Origin: Rhodosorus marinus CCMP1338
Lineage: Eukaryota; Plantae; Rhodophyta
Length of the DNA stretch: 64,000 bases
NCBI GenBank assembly: GCA_029953675.1
Contig: JAMWBK010000011.1
Coordinates: forward strand, 1,054,001-1,118,000
Direction of reading: 5' to 3'
Part shown: positions 35,240-47,527 of the stretch, piece after piece
How positions within the stretch are numbered: the first letter of the stretch is position 1
How the letters are laid out: each line of letters starts with the position of its first letter
The notes under the pieces: generated by a model
What the model was told of the DNA's origin: nothing
Seen by the model: only the letters and a program-made list of their open reading frames with translations
Database searches by the model: none
Made by a program: the position numbers and the translations under genes

Positions 35240-35251
35240 CGTCCTTTTATG
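35240..35251 (-). promoter_or_regulatory. Candidate TATA-like box of gene 4 (CATAAAAGGACG)
   Basis: ~105 nt upstream of the ATG; shares ATAAA(A)GGACG with gene 3. Confidence 0.35.
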
Positions 35252-37696
35252 CTCTCAGTTCTCAGACGGAGGTCTCCGTACAATGACACAAAAGGAACTC
35301 ATCTTAAGCAGGTTTGATGGTCCCACTTCCGAAGTTCGTTGCTGCTGACAGTATTCGACATCACAATGTTGCTGGTTTTACTAACAATAATGCCGTGCTC
35401 AGGGGTAAAAACCCAAACGGAGCTTTCCTTTCGCACAAGACAAGGCCGTATCAACAAATCATCCTTGTGGACAAACCGTTGTACGGCAAGGATCGCACCG
35501 GGTGATTGACAGCCAAAGCGCAAACGGACTATGGCGTCGTGCAGTGCTCGTCAGCAACCGGGCTGCCAGTGGTTCCACTGGTGGTCTACTAACATAGCAC
35601 TGGGTTGCGTAGTGCACAAACGCTACTGAACTCACCATTTTACAAAAAAAAAAGTCACTCCACATATTCAAGAGCTCCTGATGTGAGCTCCTGACGAACC
35701 CTTCTGCACTGAGAGCCAAGCGCTCCACAAAAAGGTACAAAACGAACAAACCCAACTCGTGCTGGACTCCTATGAAAGAAACTACAGGAAAACTCCATCT
35801 GCTTTACGGATCCGGCTTCAATGTGGTTGTCAAAGATCTATATTTAGTTCCCGCAAACTCATCCAGGCGATTAGACCGGCGTCCTAGTGTAGCCGAGTCC
35901 CTAACGCTGTACTGACAAAACAAAAACGAAAGAAACCCACTGGAGTTGGACCCCTCCGAACGAAGCTCCGGGGGGATGGAGAGCTGCTTCCAAACAGATA
36001 ACCGGGGTGTCGATGGTCTATTTTTAGCTTTGTACCGTTTAACCTCAATTCCCTGTGACAATCAGTCGTTTTCCTCGGCAGGCTATGCACCGATGGGGGT
36101 TGCAATCAACCTTTATTGAAGTTGCAATGAAATGAAAAGTTTGTGCTGAGAGTGACTACGTGGTTTCCAAACCGCAACGGCTTTTTTTTCCCTTCGTGGT
36201 TGTGAACAACTCCTTTTTATTATTCAGTTGTTTTTGATCCCACAGCTTTAGAGGACACGACAAGAGAGCTTTTTTTTCGGTTGGAATTGTTCGTTGAGGT
36301 GACCAATGACGGTTAACTGGCCGGGATGAGGATTTCTTGGTGTTTTCTTCGACGAATCAATGTGAGAACCGTTTACTTGGTTGCTAACCGCCGTCGTTGT
36401 CCGGTGAGTGGCAATGATTTGGATCTGCTATCGACCCACAGACAGCGACAAGCTCATGAGGCCGTGGACGATGCCTGGTAAACGGGATAGGGGAAGGGAT
36501 AGCCACCACTTGAACGACACGAGATGCCTAAGCCATCTTCAAAACGTCATCGAGTCAGTCTTCTACCGGTCCTTTTCAGATGCCGTACCTGAGACTCTAC
36601 AGTGAGAGCACCTCAGCCGCCAAGCGGCAGGCCTTCATCATGCGAAAAGTCTTAGTACAGCATCCGTCCGTCAAATTTTGGATCCTCCCCATCCACCCTC
36701 TCCGTGGCTTATCTCCTTCCTATGCTCTACAAGTTTTATTTAACAAATAGGATCTTGCGACACTTCGTTTTCATCCCAAGAGGTAAGCGTAGACGAGTGT
36801 GTCGTACTGGATATATAGGATATACCATACCCGTAGTGTTTCACCATTAGAAGGGGTCACCGGTGATGACGACAAAGAACTTATGAGGGGGTTCTGACAC
36901 CGTACCAGCAATGGGTCCAACACATCGAGAATATCCGTTTGGCGGATCTCGAGGGAAACATTGCCCAGGTTTGGGTAAGATTAGATTTTTTACCCGCTTT
37001 CGACGTTGAACGTACTCCTTAAAGTCCGAAGACCGCAAACAAATACTCGCATGCGAACATATTTTGTAAGTTGACATGAGTTAGCCCGGAATTTTCGTGT
37101 CAAACACATATCCTTTCGGCGCTAAAACATATAGAAAAGATAGTTAGGCCCCCTTCATCGGGAAAGGCATTGTCCTGAAATAGTGGCCCATATGTATATT
37201 ACAAATTTTCTGATCGTGGGCGTAATTTAACACAATATGAAAATACAAGTCGCGACAAAATCGTTAAAGACTATTATTGATGGTAATAATCTACCATGTC
37301 AAATTATTTATACCTTCTAATTTTAATATGTCTAACCCCTCAATTTATAGCTATTAGTTTAAAAATGACCGAAGTTTGGAGTTCATATATCGTATTGTTA
37401 AAATGATAAATATCCGAAATGCTTTTTTCGTCTCCGACTAATGATTTCCTTCTGAGATATTGAATGAATGGTTAACCCTGAGATATTAACGCTTAATCCA
37501 ACATAATTTTTGCTCGATCAATGTGCGTTACTTATTTGTACGGGTGAGTAGCTTATTTGTATTCTCCCTACACCTATGCTTTCTTTTCTCACAATATTGA
37601 TATCGAATGAAGCAGCGAATTCTTGGAAGAGGGGGGAGTGCGAGGGACTTTGGACCCAGGCGATTACAAGCACCTGTTAAAATGTGACTGTCACCT

Positions 37697-37752
37697 GGTC
37701 ACTGTCATCCGGTCACCGTCATCCGGTCACCCTCATCCGGTCACCGTCATCC
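37697..37752. repeat. 14-bp tandem repeat x4 (ggtcacYStcatcc)
   Basis: ggtcactgtcatcc / ggtcaccgtcatcc / ggtcaccctcatcc / ggtcaccgtcatcc, directly adjacent. Confidence 0.9.
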
Positions 37753-37759
37753 CCGACGA

Positions 37760-38360
37760 CGAACGACGAATGATTTTATCATCCCCAGGGCAAGGCCAAA
37801 ACCCGTATAAAGAGACTTCCGAAGTCTCTTTCTTTGGTTGGGGGATTGAAGGCGTGCTTTGACGTAAATTTTGATGCTCGGTCCTCCGCGCTTCGAATGT
37901 CCAGGTTCTAACCGCGTCAGCGCTTCACTGACCTTCTCCATTTGGCATATTTCGGTAACTTGTGTCGTCAAACTAGGCTGCCCTATCAACAGAACTCTTC
38001 CCTATTCACTATACTCCAAGGGAATCCCGAGGATAGTTCTCGGGAGCGGAAGATGGGGTTATGTCTTCAACCAACACAACACCTCTTTCGCGCTTCCGCA
38101 TCCTCCTGCCGTATAAATCTCGAAAAGCTGTACAGATTCGAGGAGGGTAGCCAGGTCCGCTGGGAGGGTGAGGACGACGGGCTTTCGTGAGCTGAAGAAT
38201 TTCGGGGGTTGCGGTGCTGTTGATACCTTTGTATTCGCCGCCATGTTCAGCAAATCTGCAGACCCAACGAGGAATTCAAATAACCCGTAGCAGGAATGCG
38301 ACTGTTTCATTACATTAGTGGATATCTCAATGACTAGTTCATTAACTGAAAACACCGATC
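37760..38360 (-). mobile_element. Possible degenerate pogo/Tc1-like DDE transposase fragment
   Basis: One ~200-codon frame with two in-frame stops: ...PQPPKFFSSRKP...FEIYTAGGCGSAKEVLCWLKT*...GRVLLIGQPSLTTQVTEICQ...LTRLEPGHSKRGGPSIKIYVKARL. It loosely follows the DDE_1 pattern (PP..IF.GK / GW...F..WL / LL.D.H.SH / QPLD...GP.K). Weak by-eye match. Confidence 0.3.
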
Positions 38361-39341
38361 CATTGAGGCAAGGTCGAAGCCCTTTAGCAATGCGCTAAAC
38401 CCTTGAACCCAACTCATCATCATCGTCTGTTCAGAGACGACAACAACCCTGAGAGGAGGCTAGGCGAAAAGCCGAGAGAACGGGTCTCGAAAACCAAGAC
38501 TCCAATAGAACGCCGCTGCCAAGAAGACGAGCACGTCTCATTTCGCTCCCAACCGTCAAGTGATCAGAACGATTGCCTTTTCACCTAGGAAGTTGATATT
38601 CAGAGGACCCCCCGTCCCAGTATGCAGTATGCAAGGACCCATCTGTGCCAATTCTTCTAAATTAATACCAGTTCATCTTGTTCCCATCAAAAACATATTC
38701 TAAACATGTTGGAGATATAGGTACAATATTTCATTTCAATTCTTGAACTGTTAGCCAATAGTATACGTTACGATGCTTATACGCCTTATTCATCACTTTT
38801 CAGTTAGCATAATTAGATGTGCTTATATTTTGATTGCGTAATAATAAATACTGCATTTTCATTCGCGGAAGGGGATTTTGATTGGACTCTGGGCTATTTG
38901 GCCCCGGAGTCAACTGTTCTCCATCGAGGGCCAGGTTCCCTCGGGAGCCAACTTCGTAAGGGAGCAGGCTAGTGATTTCGTCGATTGAGTACACTCTTAT
39001 AGACCGGGAGCTGTCAACCTTATCTCAAATACAAGCAACCAGATAAATGCAAGGGGTTACAAAGATAGTTTCTGTTCACCGCCTTCCCAAAGCTTCCGAA
39101 TGGCAATCCAAAAGAGGTTCCAAGGGGAACCCCTTGGTCACTTTATAGCTACGTCCGAGAATGAGGAACTCCCAGAGATGAGCTGGATAACCGTCCCCAA
39201 GAGTAAACTGTGTGGTACTCGCAGCTGTACTGCATGTTCAATAGAACCGAGATCGGCACAAGCTACTAGGTACGAGTTGTTTTTACAAAAGCATATATAT
39301 AGCATTTATAGTACATTGCTCATGAGTTTTTAGATGTTGAG

Positions 39342-42293
39342 TCAACGGGAGCGATCAGTTACAGCACAATAGTCAACCATACACGGTTCAGATGTCGAAC
39401 GAACGTAGATCTTAAAGAAGTGGATGCCAGCTTTTGCCTCGAAGCTGAAGTGTTTCATTCTCCAGCTCCCTTGGCCGACTGGGATGAAGGGCCCGCCTTC
39501 TTCAAGGGTTTGGAGTACCTGTCCACTCTTCTGAATCTCCATAACGAGCGGGCACTTGTCAAATACGTAGCAGCGGAACTCATAGGTCTGGCCCTTCACA
39601 AGAGAAAAGCTTTGTTCAGCGAGACCACCCGGGTATAGCATCAAACATTGCTCCCCTTCGAGTTGCTCGTTCGCGCGAAATTCTCTCGGACCCTCCAAAA
39701 GCCATCCGAAGCTGCTCTCCATCTCAAAGCTCGGATTTTTGAAGAGATTACGATGCTCCTGCACCCCAACCGGAGGTGTCCAAGCGTTTAGACCTGAATA
39801 CCCCACCGTGGAGGACCCGACGTAAGGCGGGACGGCATCCGCCTTGTACAGTGTACAAGTATCCGCGTAGACGCCGCCACCTTGTAGGTTCGGATTTCCT
39901 CCATCATCACGTTCGAGCATGATATCATATTCCCCACGGTTTTTGAGGAAAAAGTCAATCTCCTGGTTCTTCCACGTCGCGCTGTTGGCCTCGTCAAAGG
40001 TCTCGGCGTGGTTGTAACCGTAGATGACTTTGCTCGTTCGCGGTTCAGGCCAGTTCGAGGAGAAGGAGCGCTCAATCGACATCCGAATACTCCCCTTGAC
40101 GTGACAATGTAGTCGATAGTTGGTGTCCCCCTTCAGGAACACAACCTGCTTCGCAGAAGCGCCCTCATCTATAAATCTCAGTGATCGATCTCCCCAATAT
40201 TGGTCCTTGGTGGTCAACTTGGCCCTTCCGGTGAACTCCCACTTCGAGTCGACGTGCTCGAAGCTCGGATTGTCAAGAACCTGTTCGTTCATCGGAATGG
40301 GCCTCCTGATGCCGGCAAAACTACCGGCAGTGGTAGTCACACAGTCCATAGCGGACTCTCTGCCGCCAAGCAAACAACACGAGCGTCCTCGACACTCATC
40401 AGCCTCTATAACGACTGTGCTTATCCACCCGCCCTCATCGGGGTACCTCAGTGAGACCTTCGGATTTGACCCGAGCTGCTCCAGAGGATACGGAACGACA
40501 AACGTGCCAAAGTATTTGTCGGAGTAGAACCTCTTGGGTCCAGCCATCTTACTGCTGTAATCGTTGATTCGAACGTCGTTTATCCAGAGCTGTGGTGTAT
40601 CTGCCCTGCTCAACCTCCTCGCGTGTGAAATTCTGATGTACGCCATGCCACTAGGACTCACCGGAATGCCCTCAAAGTACGCATTGTATTTCAATTTCGT
40701 CTGGATCTCAACCGGGTACTCCACGACTTGTTCCTTTGCTTCGATTCGAGTCATGTAGTGTCTCGTTCGCTGAACTCTCCCAAGCTCAGTCACAGGATTC
40801 TGGTACTTGAATTCCAGCACGGTCATTCCCTCAGCTCTCAGGGTGATCTTGGCCGGCACACCCGGCAGGGTGGCGTTCTTCCACTTCAGATCACCACCAC
40901 GCTGGAGTTTTTGCAGCAATTCCTCGCTGTTGAGCGGCTTTTCGTTCAGGTAGAGCCGCCTCTCGACAACCTGGCTCACTGGAGGCATGCTGTAGGGGAA
41001 CTTGAGATCAACCACGGTGCTCCCGGAAGTGGCAAAGTTCATGAGCATGATGTAGGCCTTGTTCGCATTCGCCACAGCATGGACCTTGATGTAGGCATCG
41101 TCCGAGTAGGAGTATCCAAAATCCCCTTCAACACCTTTGAGCAACTCAAAGTAGCTGATCAGCGGCGACCACGTGACCTCGCTGTTCTGGTCCCCAACCG
41201 AAAGCGACCAGGGATACCGATGCTCGCCAGAGCTCCTCAGATCGGAGGGGTCGAGCGTCAGGAACGTGATAATCTTTCCGACGTTGTCGTGCGTTCGCAG
41301 GGTACTCATGAGCGCTCCGAAAGCGTTCTGGAGGATATTAAAGTCCCTGCCACCCAGAGGAGGTGATGACTCGTAGTTCTTGCCCTTGTACCAGGCGCTG
41401 TTGTACGCGCCCGTCTCCGTGATGAGGTACGGAATGAGCTCCTGATTGTTCTTGTTGTACCCATAGGTCTCCAGGAGATCCAAGTTGGCATCCTGGACCG
41501 CACCCCCCGACGTGTACACGTGTTCGGATATAAATTTGAGGCAACCGCTTTCCAGCGCCCCATCGATAAAAGCCTTGGTGCGATCCCGCCAGCGCGCGAA
41601 ATTAAACAAGTGGGGTTGTGCCGCGGATTGTGCAGGGCCCCCAACCAAGATATTCGGAAGGGCAGCTGTTGTATGCTTGCAGAAATTACCACAAATCTTT
41701 CCAACTCGGCTGCAGACATCCCTCTCCGTATCCATATCGTCAATCTGCAAAAGCCTCCACTTTACAAGCGGCTCGTTGAAGCACTCGTAGTACTTGGGCA
41801 TGGGATAGCCCTTCTCCGGCGCGAAGAAGTTTTGAAAGTACCTAACGCCAAATCTACTCGCCGCATCGATCTTCGACTGCTTCTTCTGAATAGTCCTGAT
41901 GACATAGTACTTGTTAGTAGCGACGCGATCCTCGGTGATCTTCCTCTTCCTCAACTCATCACAGGAGGGGCACGTGACGCTGTTCACCGCCGCAGTGGCC
42001 TCCTCCTCGAAGATTTCAGGATGGTCCGGGAATGCGTCCGATCCGGAAAGCGGCCCTTCGTTGGAAGCGCGAGAGAATAAAACACCAAGATCGTCGACCA
42101 CATACTCGATCATAGACCTCGCGTTGCTGGACGCCTGAAAATCACCATGGGCGTTTACGAACTTGGCTCTGCTGAACTCCTGTTTACCATTTGTCACAAG
42201 CGTCGTCCCAAAATCAATGGTGACCTCTTGCGCTGCTACCGCCAGAAGTAAAAAGATTCCAAAACAGGTCCATCCGTACATCCCACCCATCAT
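39342..42293 (-). CDS. Gene 5: secreted GH86-like hydrolase with one A-B module pair, ~983 aa
   Basis: The ORF-track start at 42311 is GTG; the first in-frame ATG is 42293 (MMGGMYGW...). Signal peptide, CFNEP and LITETG, Cys linker, modules A and B. Confidence 0.9.
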   Translation of the reverse strand: MMGGMYGWTCFGIFLLLAVAAQEVTIDFGTTLVTNGKQEFSRAKFVNAHGDFQASSNARSMIEYVVDDLGVLFSRASNEGPLSGSDAFPDHPEIFEEEATAAVNSVTCPSCDELRKRKITEDRVATNKYYVIRTIQKKQSKIDAASRFGVRYFQNFFAPEKGYPMPKYYECFNEPLVKWRLLQIDDMDTERDVCSRVGKICGNFCKHTTAALPNILVGGPAQSAAQPHLFNFARWRDRTKAFIDGALESGCLKFISEHVYTSGGAVQDANLDLLETYGYNKNNQELIPYLITETGAYNSAWYKGKNYESSPPLGGRDFNILQNAFGALMSTLRTHDNVGKIITFLTLDPSDLRSSGEHRYPWSLSVGDQNSEVTWSPLISYFELLKGVEGDFGYSYSDDAYIKVHAVANANKAYIMLMNFATSGSTVVDLKFPYSMPPVSQVVERRLYLNEKPLNSEELLQKLQRGGDLKWKNATLPGVPAKITLRAEGMTVLEFKYQNPVTELGRVQRTRHYMTRIEAKEQVVEYPVEIQTKLKYNAYFEGIPVSPSGMAYIRISHARRLSRADTPQLWINDVRINDYSSKMAGPKRFYSDKYFGTFVVPYPLEQLGSNPKVSLRYPDEGGWISTVVIEADECRGRSCCLLGGRESAMDCVTTTAGSFAGIRRPIPMNEQVLDNPSFEHVDSKWEFTGRAKLTTKDQYWGDRSLRFIDEGASAKQVVFLKGDTNYRLHCHVKGSIRMSIERSFSSNWPEPRTSKVIYGYNHAETFDEANSATWKNQEIDFFLKNRGEYDIMLERDDGGNPNLQGGGVYADTCTLYKADAVPPYVGSSTVGYSGLNAWTPPVGVQEHRNLFKNPSFEMESSFGWLLEGPREFRANEQLEGEQCLMLYPGGLAEQSFSLVKGQTYEFRCYVFDKCPLVMEIQKSGQVLQTLEEGGPFIPVGQGSWRMKHFSFEAKAGIHFFKIYVRSTSEPCMVDYCAVTDRSR

Positions 42294-43370
42294 GGCGATA
42301 CTAATGCACACCGCTACTTGTCCAACGTCCCCCGCTTCTATCAGGATCCAACTTTTCTAGCACACCTATTGTACATGCTGCTCAGCGAAATTTTGATGTG
42401 CCCCCGCAGCTCGTCTCCTCCACCTGCGACAGCGAGCAAATAAGGGACCACAAACGTATATATATTCGTTCAGTCGACCGTTTGACTTCCAAACGTGACC
42501 AGCTGCGGACCCGCCATACACGGTCAATACCCTCCCGCGACGAAACGATGCGTAAAATCATATTCCTTCCCCAAAAAAATAAATGGGAAGAAGAACTACA
42601 TTAACGGGAATGGCGAGGGAAGTGGAACAAAAAAATTGCATCGTCAATTTCTTCCCTCAAATCATCTGCTGCAAACCAATTTTCCATCAAAACCACAAAA
42701 CACCTTGTAAAACCTCACCACGCCGGAATATACCATGATCACCTTACGTACCCGCACATACCCTCCCAGCCCCGTTTCGCCTGCCCGAAAGACTCACACC
42801 CTAGGCAACGATAATAATCCAATTTCATTCAACTGTGCTGCAACAAAAATTCAAATTTAGTCGAAATACACCAAACAAAAACCAAAAAAATGCCACGCTT
42901 ACCGATCACCCTCCCAATCGCCCCCCTCTCCTTCCCCACCACCGAACAATAGGAAACACTAGCACACCACCAAAACCCGACAGACCTGCAGAAAAAGTCT
43001 TCCGAAGTCTGAAAACCAAAAACAAAATAGGGGAAAAAATGAGTAGCCATAAAAAGCGCCATCATCGCCTCTCATCTTCTTCATCAACAAACTAACGACA
43101 AGCTTTCTCTATAGCCAAAGTAACCTAACCCTCGAGAAGATGCCCTCAACCGGAACATTAGTTTTTTGAAGTTTTCGAAGGGTTTTGTTTTTTTCTAAAC
43201 TTCAAGGATGAAATGATATAAGTAATTGGAAGTTTTTTCAGGGGGTAAGGAGGAAGGAACCGGAATTGAACTGTAAGTGTACTCTTGTACCTCCCCTTTT
43301 CTGATCCTTTTGTTAATTGTCATTATTGTCTGTCAATAATTTATTGAGGGTTTGTAGGGTGGGTTGGAGC

Positions 43371-43408
43371 GGGGTGGGGTGGGGTGGGGAGGGGAGGGGA
43401 GGGGAGGG
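43371..43408 (+). other. G-quadruplex-prone run (GGGGT)x3 (GGGGA)x4 GGG
   Basis: Eight G-tracts of 3-4 G separated by single nucleotides. Confidence 0.7.
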
Positions 43409-46239
43409 TAGGTGGACACCTACTTGTCGCAGCTAAAATCTTTTCAACTTGCGGTGGAAAATGTTTGGAAAGGGGGGCGTTTCATGGTGCGACGATAGCA
43501 TGTTGTGGTTTTTTTTTTGGAGAATCGTCCTCCTGGGTTATGCATCCTTTCATTGGATCGCACAAGCGAGACATCTAAGGGAAGGTAGGTGATTGACTAG
43601 GATTCCCTGAAACGAATCGGTGCATGGGAAGCTGCACGTGGATAGAAGAAAGAGAGAGTCAGCGGGAAGTTACGAGAGTTGAGGTTTCGCGCCCCATCCT
43701 ATTGCCGTCAATTCTCCTTGCATTTTTCGCCGGTTTAGTGGGATATCAGAAGTTCAGCACTGTCGGAGTTTGGAACCATCAGGTCCTTTCTTTGCAGGTT
43801 GAGCACTAGCACGGACACGTCTCGTCCTCGTCACTAACTCACCTCACACGATCCACGGCAGTCCAGAAACTAGTGGGAAGTTGTTTTTCAGATACAAGCA
43901 TAAGCCTGGGCCCGATGGGAATTCGGGGGGCGAGGATGCTACTACAGCTGAACTGCTTCTAGGGAATATCTAGAGCCATACTTCCAGATGTGGGTTCCTC
44001 TCCAAAACAAGAAACTTATTCCTCATATTACGATAGTATTTCCACAATCTTATCAGTTTCGATGTCGTTTTTTGGCAGATTTGGTCACTTTCCGGGTCGA
44101 CGAGACGTCGTAGTTCTCCTCAGCTCCCCCACCGCAACCTCAACTTTGGTCCAAGTGTTCAATCCGGAGCGAACATAGAACGCTTTCCTAAATATGTTCA
44201 GTTTTAATTTTGCAAGATTGGGAATAATATGTTATAAACCATCGAAAAAATTGGCCTCCTTTGCAAAACACGTCTTAGAATGCAAATTTAGTTCAGATAA
44301 CTAGTCTTACAAAAAAACGTGCTTGCTGCACTAAATGGTGTTAACTCGATCGAACTAGCAAAACTAGTTGCGTCCTTTCGCTCCGTTTTAACCCCCAACG
44401 TCACGTTCTGATCCCTCGCGCCGTCTCTTGAAAAGCTTGGATCTGTTTGGATGAAAGCTCAATATGAAGAAATTCTATTGCTCAGTCGACTGGAGAATGT
44501 TTTGTTTTGTAATAAAATATACCGGACCTCCGCTTCATGTACTTGGCAAAAAACATAATGTCATGTTGCAATATCTGGCTCGTCATCTTTGCCACTTTTT
44601 TTTGAATCCCTATAAATTTCTTTTTAACGAGCCTTTCGACGACGTGGTCAAAGTTGGTCTCAAAATAATGCAACCCGTCTGTGTCTCTTGAACTGTCTAT
44701 TTTTCGCTAGAATTCATTTTTGGATTGTAAGTTGGCGGGGTGGGGTTGAAAAGAGCGCTTTTTTAAAAATAATTTCTACATGCAAAAGTTGTATTAAAAA
44801 CTGTTTTTTTCCTTCATCATCGTGACGTGGGGTTCGCTGACATTCCTCTACGTTGGGGACAGTTAGCTTACCATACATCAACGGGAAATTATATGCACGT
44901 TATTTTCATCAAATTTTCAATGTTGAGATGTTTAGGGAGAGATAATTGGTTGCGATGAGGGTATTGCAGCAAATTAACTGCTTGGGAACGCGGATACGAT
45001 ATTTTTTATTTATAATATAGAACAGGGTTGGATGTCGTTTTGGATTAACAATGGGAGCACGTGCGAATCTAGGCCAAAATGGAACCGTTTTGGCTTTGGC
45101 CATCGTGGGCCTTTTTTTTTTTTTAGAGAACGGACAACTTACAAAGTGGCGGTTTTCCATAGCAAGTTGCATGAGGAGATAGAGTCAGTCGGTATGTCTC
45201 GGATAGACCGCGGAGAGAAGCCGGTAGGGAGTGCCAGAAAAAGAGCACAAATTGGAAACGACTTAGCTATTTCTGTGCTCACGGAATCGGTTTCGACACG
45301 TTGTGTGCCCGTATTCGCCGATGCGCATGCACCAAACTCCGTTTGCTTCCTCTACGTAGGATCCGGTTGTCCCAGAGATATCCATGTGAATATGAATGAG
45401 CAAATACGAGAGTGACGTACTCACCTCCCAAACAGCTTTCCTGCTGCCTGTAGAACATCCTTACGTCGTTTGAGGTAACTTCGTTGTCGCCTGACACTGG
45501 AAAGCTAGCTTTCACATGCAACCTTTTCTGAAGCTGTCTGCAGCCAAAAAGATGTTTTTTTTGGTTTTCTTGTTGTCGGCCTGTTTGTTAAGGATTGACT
45601 TTCAACAGCTGGCGAATACGTCTCCTGAGACGCAGTGAACCCACTTCGAACGTCTGGGACAGTGTTCTTGAGTATGAAATTACTGAAAATTGAACCAAGC
45701 TACCATCAAAAAAAAAAATTTGACCTCCACGGATGCCCCACCACTTGACGAAAATAGAATGATCGCGTGCACGTTCAACCCCAACAGGAATCGTTTCGAA
45801 TTTGGTTCCGGCAAACTGAAGACAAAGAAAGGTAGCCCTTTATGATTACTGTTCCTACAGCTCTCACTCAACTCAGCTGTGGAACGGGCCTACAAGTCAG
45901 AACTGAGCAGAAAGCAGAAGAAATGAAGACGTTGCACGCTAGCTAACACAATCAAAAGAATAAACGCGATACGATAAAAGTTACCGAAATTTACGTCGCA
46001 CGGTGTGTCCGTGACTGGGATGACAACAACAAATAATGGCGCTAGGGAACGCAAAAACAAGCAGTGAACGTGAGGAGCCCCCTAGCTCCTGCACGGGTTA
46101 GCAAACTAGATTCTACTGGGAGAATACTCTTTGGGTACTCGCTTGCCATCGCACGTACCGCGAACTGGACACTACCGCGCCAGAGAGTTACGATTGATTC
46201 CTACCCTCACCGAACCGAAAGCCTCACCCTTGGGCTCAA

Positions 46240-46700
46240 GATGTTGGGAAACTCCAAGATATTTCCGTTGCCGCTTTTCCAAGCCGTCCAAATCCCTCCT
46301 TTACAATAAAAGGGAGAAGGATGAAATCCTTGTGGTCGCGCTTAGCAGCTCGATAATTCGTTCGCTTCCTAGCTTCGCTCGGATGCTCGCATAAGCCGAT
46401 GAACTAGCTGCGGATGACATATTGTTCCGATTGGTGAGGTCGGACCACGATGCCCGGACGAGTCGACTTCCAGTTAAAAACTGCTCAGGTTCCACGGGTA
46501 CTATATCAGGTAAATGCCACTTCGGAGATGTGCAGCTAGCTCGTTTCGGGTGCAGTTGCCCACCATATGTTGCATCACCGGATCATCTTCTACACACCCT
46601 GAAGCAACGATCCAAGTCTTGGGAAACCCACTTTGCAAGGAAAGCACTCGCTAGCATAATGAAAGAATAGACGCCCAACAAACAAGAAAACTTGTGGAGA
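46240..46700 (-). mobile_element. Degenerate 3' end of an RLE-type (CRE/R2-like) non-LTR retrotransposon
   Basis: In order across frameshifts: C..DDPVMQHMVGNC..NELAAHL (zinc-knuckle-like), HLPDIV, ..D..., then EARKRTNYR....DFILLPFIVKEGFGRLGKAATE. This matches the PD..D..E..K..Y / F.P...E..G.LG..A restriction-like endonuclease pattern. Confidence 0.5.
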
Positions 46701-47425
46701 TTCTGGTGGTATTGTATCCGTCCATGTTGCCTCAGCAGAGTCTCTTGAACACCCTGAAGCAATGGCCCAATCCCTCGGGCGCTCCAGCACTTTGCCGCCT
46801 GGATTCCCTCGCTGTAGGTAACCTCCTCTCCTAGACTTCGCTGCTGATCGTGGTGGGTGGATAGGGCGGGAGCTGTGATACACTGTCTGACGAAAGCGAC
46901 TTTCTTGATCCGTCAGAGGACATACCCAGTTCGGAGTTCGAAGGGGAAACCAGTTCATTGACCGCGCCTGAGCGCTGCGCACTTTTCTGAGAATCTCGTC
47001 ATCGCCATCATTTGACGACTAAAACCGTTTATATGATTCCAAATAAAAGAAATATGTTCAACGGTATCCAAGAAATGTCAATTATTAAATGTCACCCATA
47101 TTTTATACTATACATTTATAGTATAAACGATATATTCGCGAAATAACCGTGGGCAGCGGATTTACGAAAGATGTCCCCTTAATTTCCTTGCGAACAGCTG
47201 TTTTTCGGAAGACATTTGGCCGCTGTACTTTTTTTAGATCTACAGCTTCTTAAAACTGGTGCAAAATCAGTCATTTGCTCCGTGCGTTCCTGCATATGCA
47301 CCAAATGAGCATGGTTTCTGGTACCAAATTAGGAGTCATCTTTTTTTAAAGTGGTGGCACCAGGGATGGATCCGCGGACGTCGAGTAAGCTCGCCAGTGT
47401 TGTCAAGGGGAGACAGCTCGAGATC

Positions 47426-47527
47426 TTATACTATTTCTGGATCTGTTAGTGGGGTGTTTGCGACCACGTAGGGTCAAAGCCAGGGTTGGTGGGCGTTGTC
47501 TATTCGCGATTGGCGGGTCCCAGCAAC
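47426..47527 (-). pseudogene. Relic of gene 6 module B (frameshifted, ~285 bp deleted)
   Basis: Out-of-frame LPVEL / WDPPIANRQR / TNPGFDP is joined directly to ...LTDPEIV*, the family C-terminal motif. Confidence 0.8.

Noticed and set aside
35495-35530. IDSQS, resembling the IS5/Harbinger motif
   Set aside because: Isolated short match without the rest of the transposase.
42294-42311. GTG start for gene 5, as given in the ORF track
   Set aside because: In a eukaryotic context the first in-frame ATG (42293) directly precedes the signal peptide.
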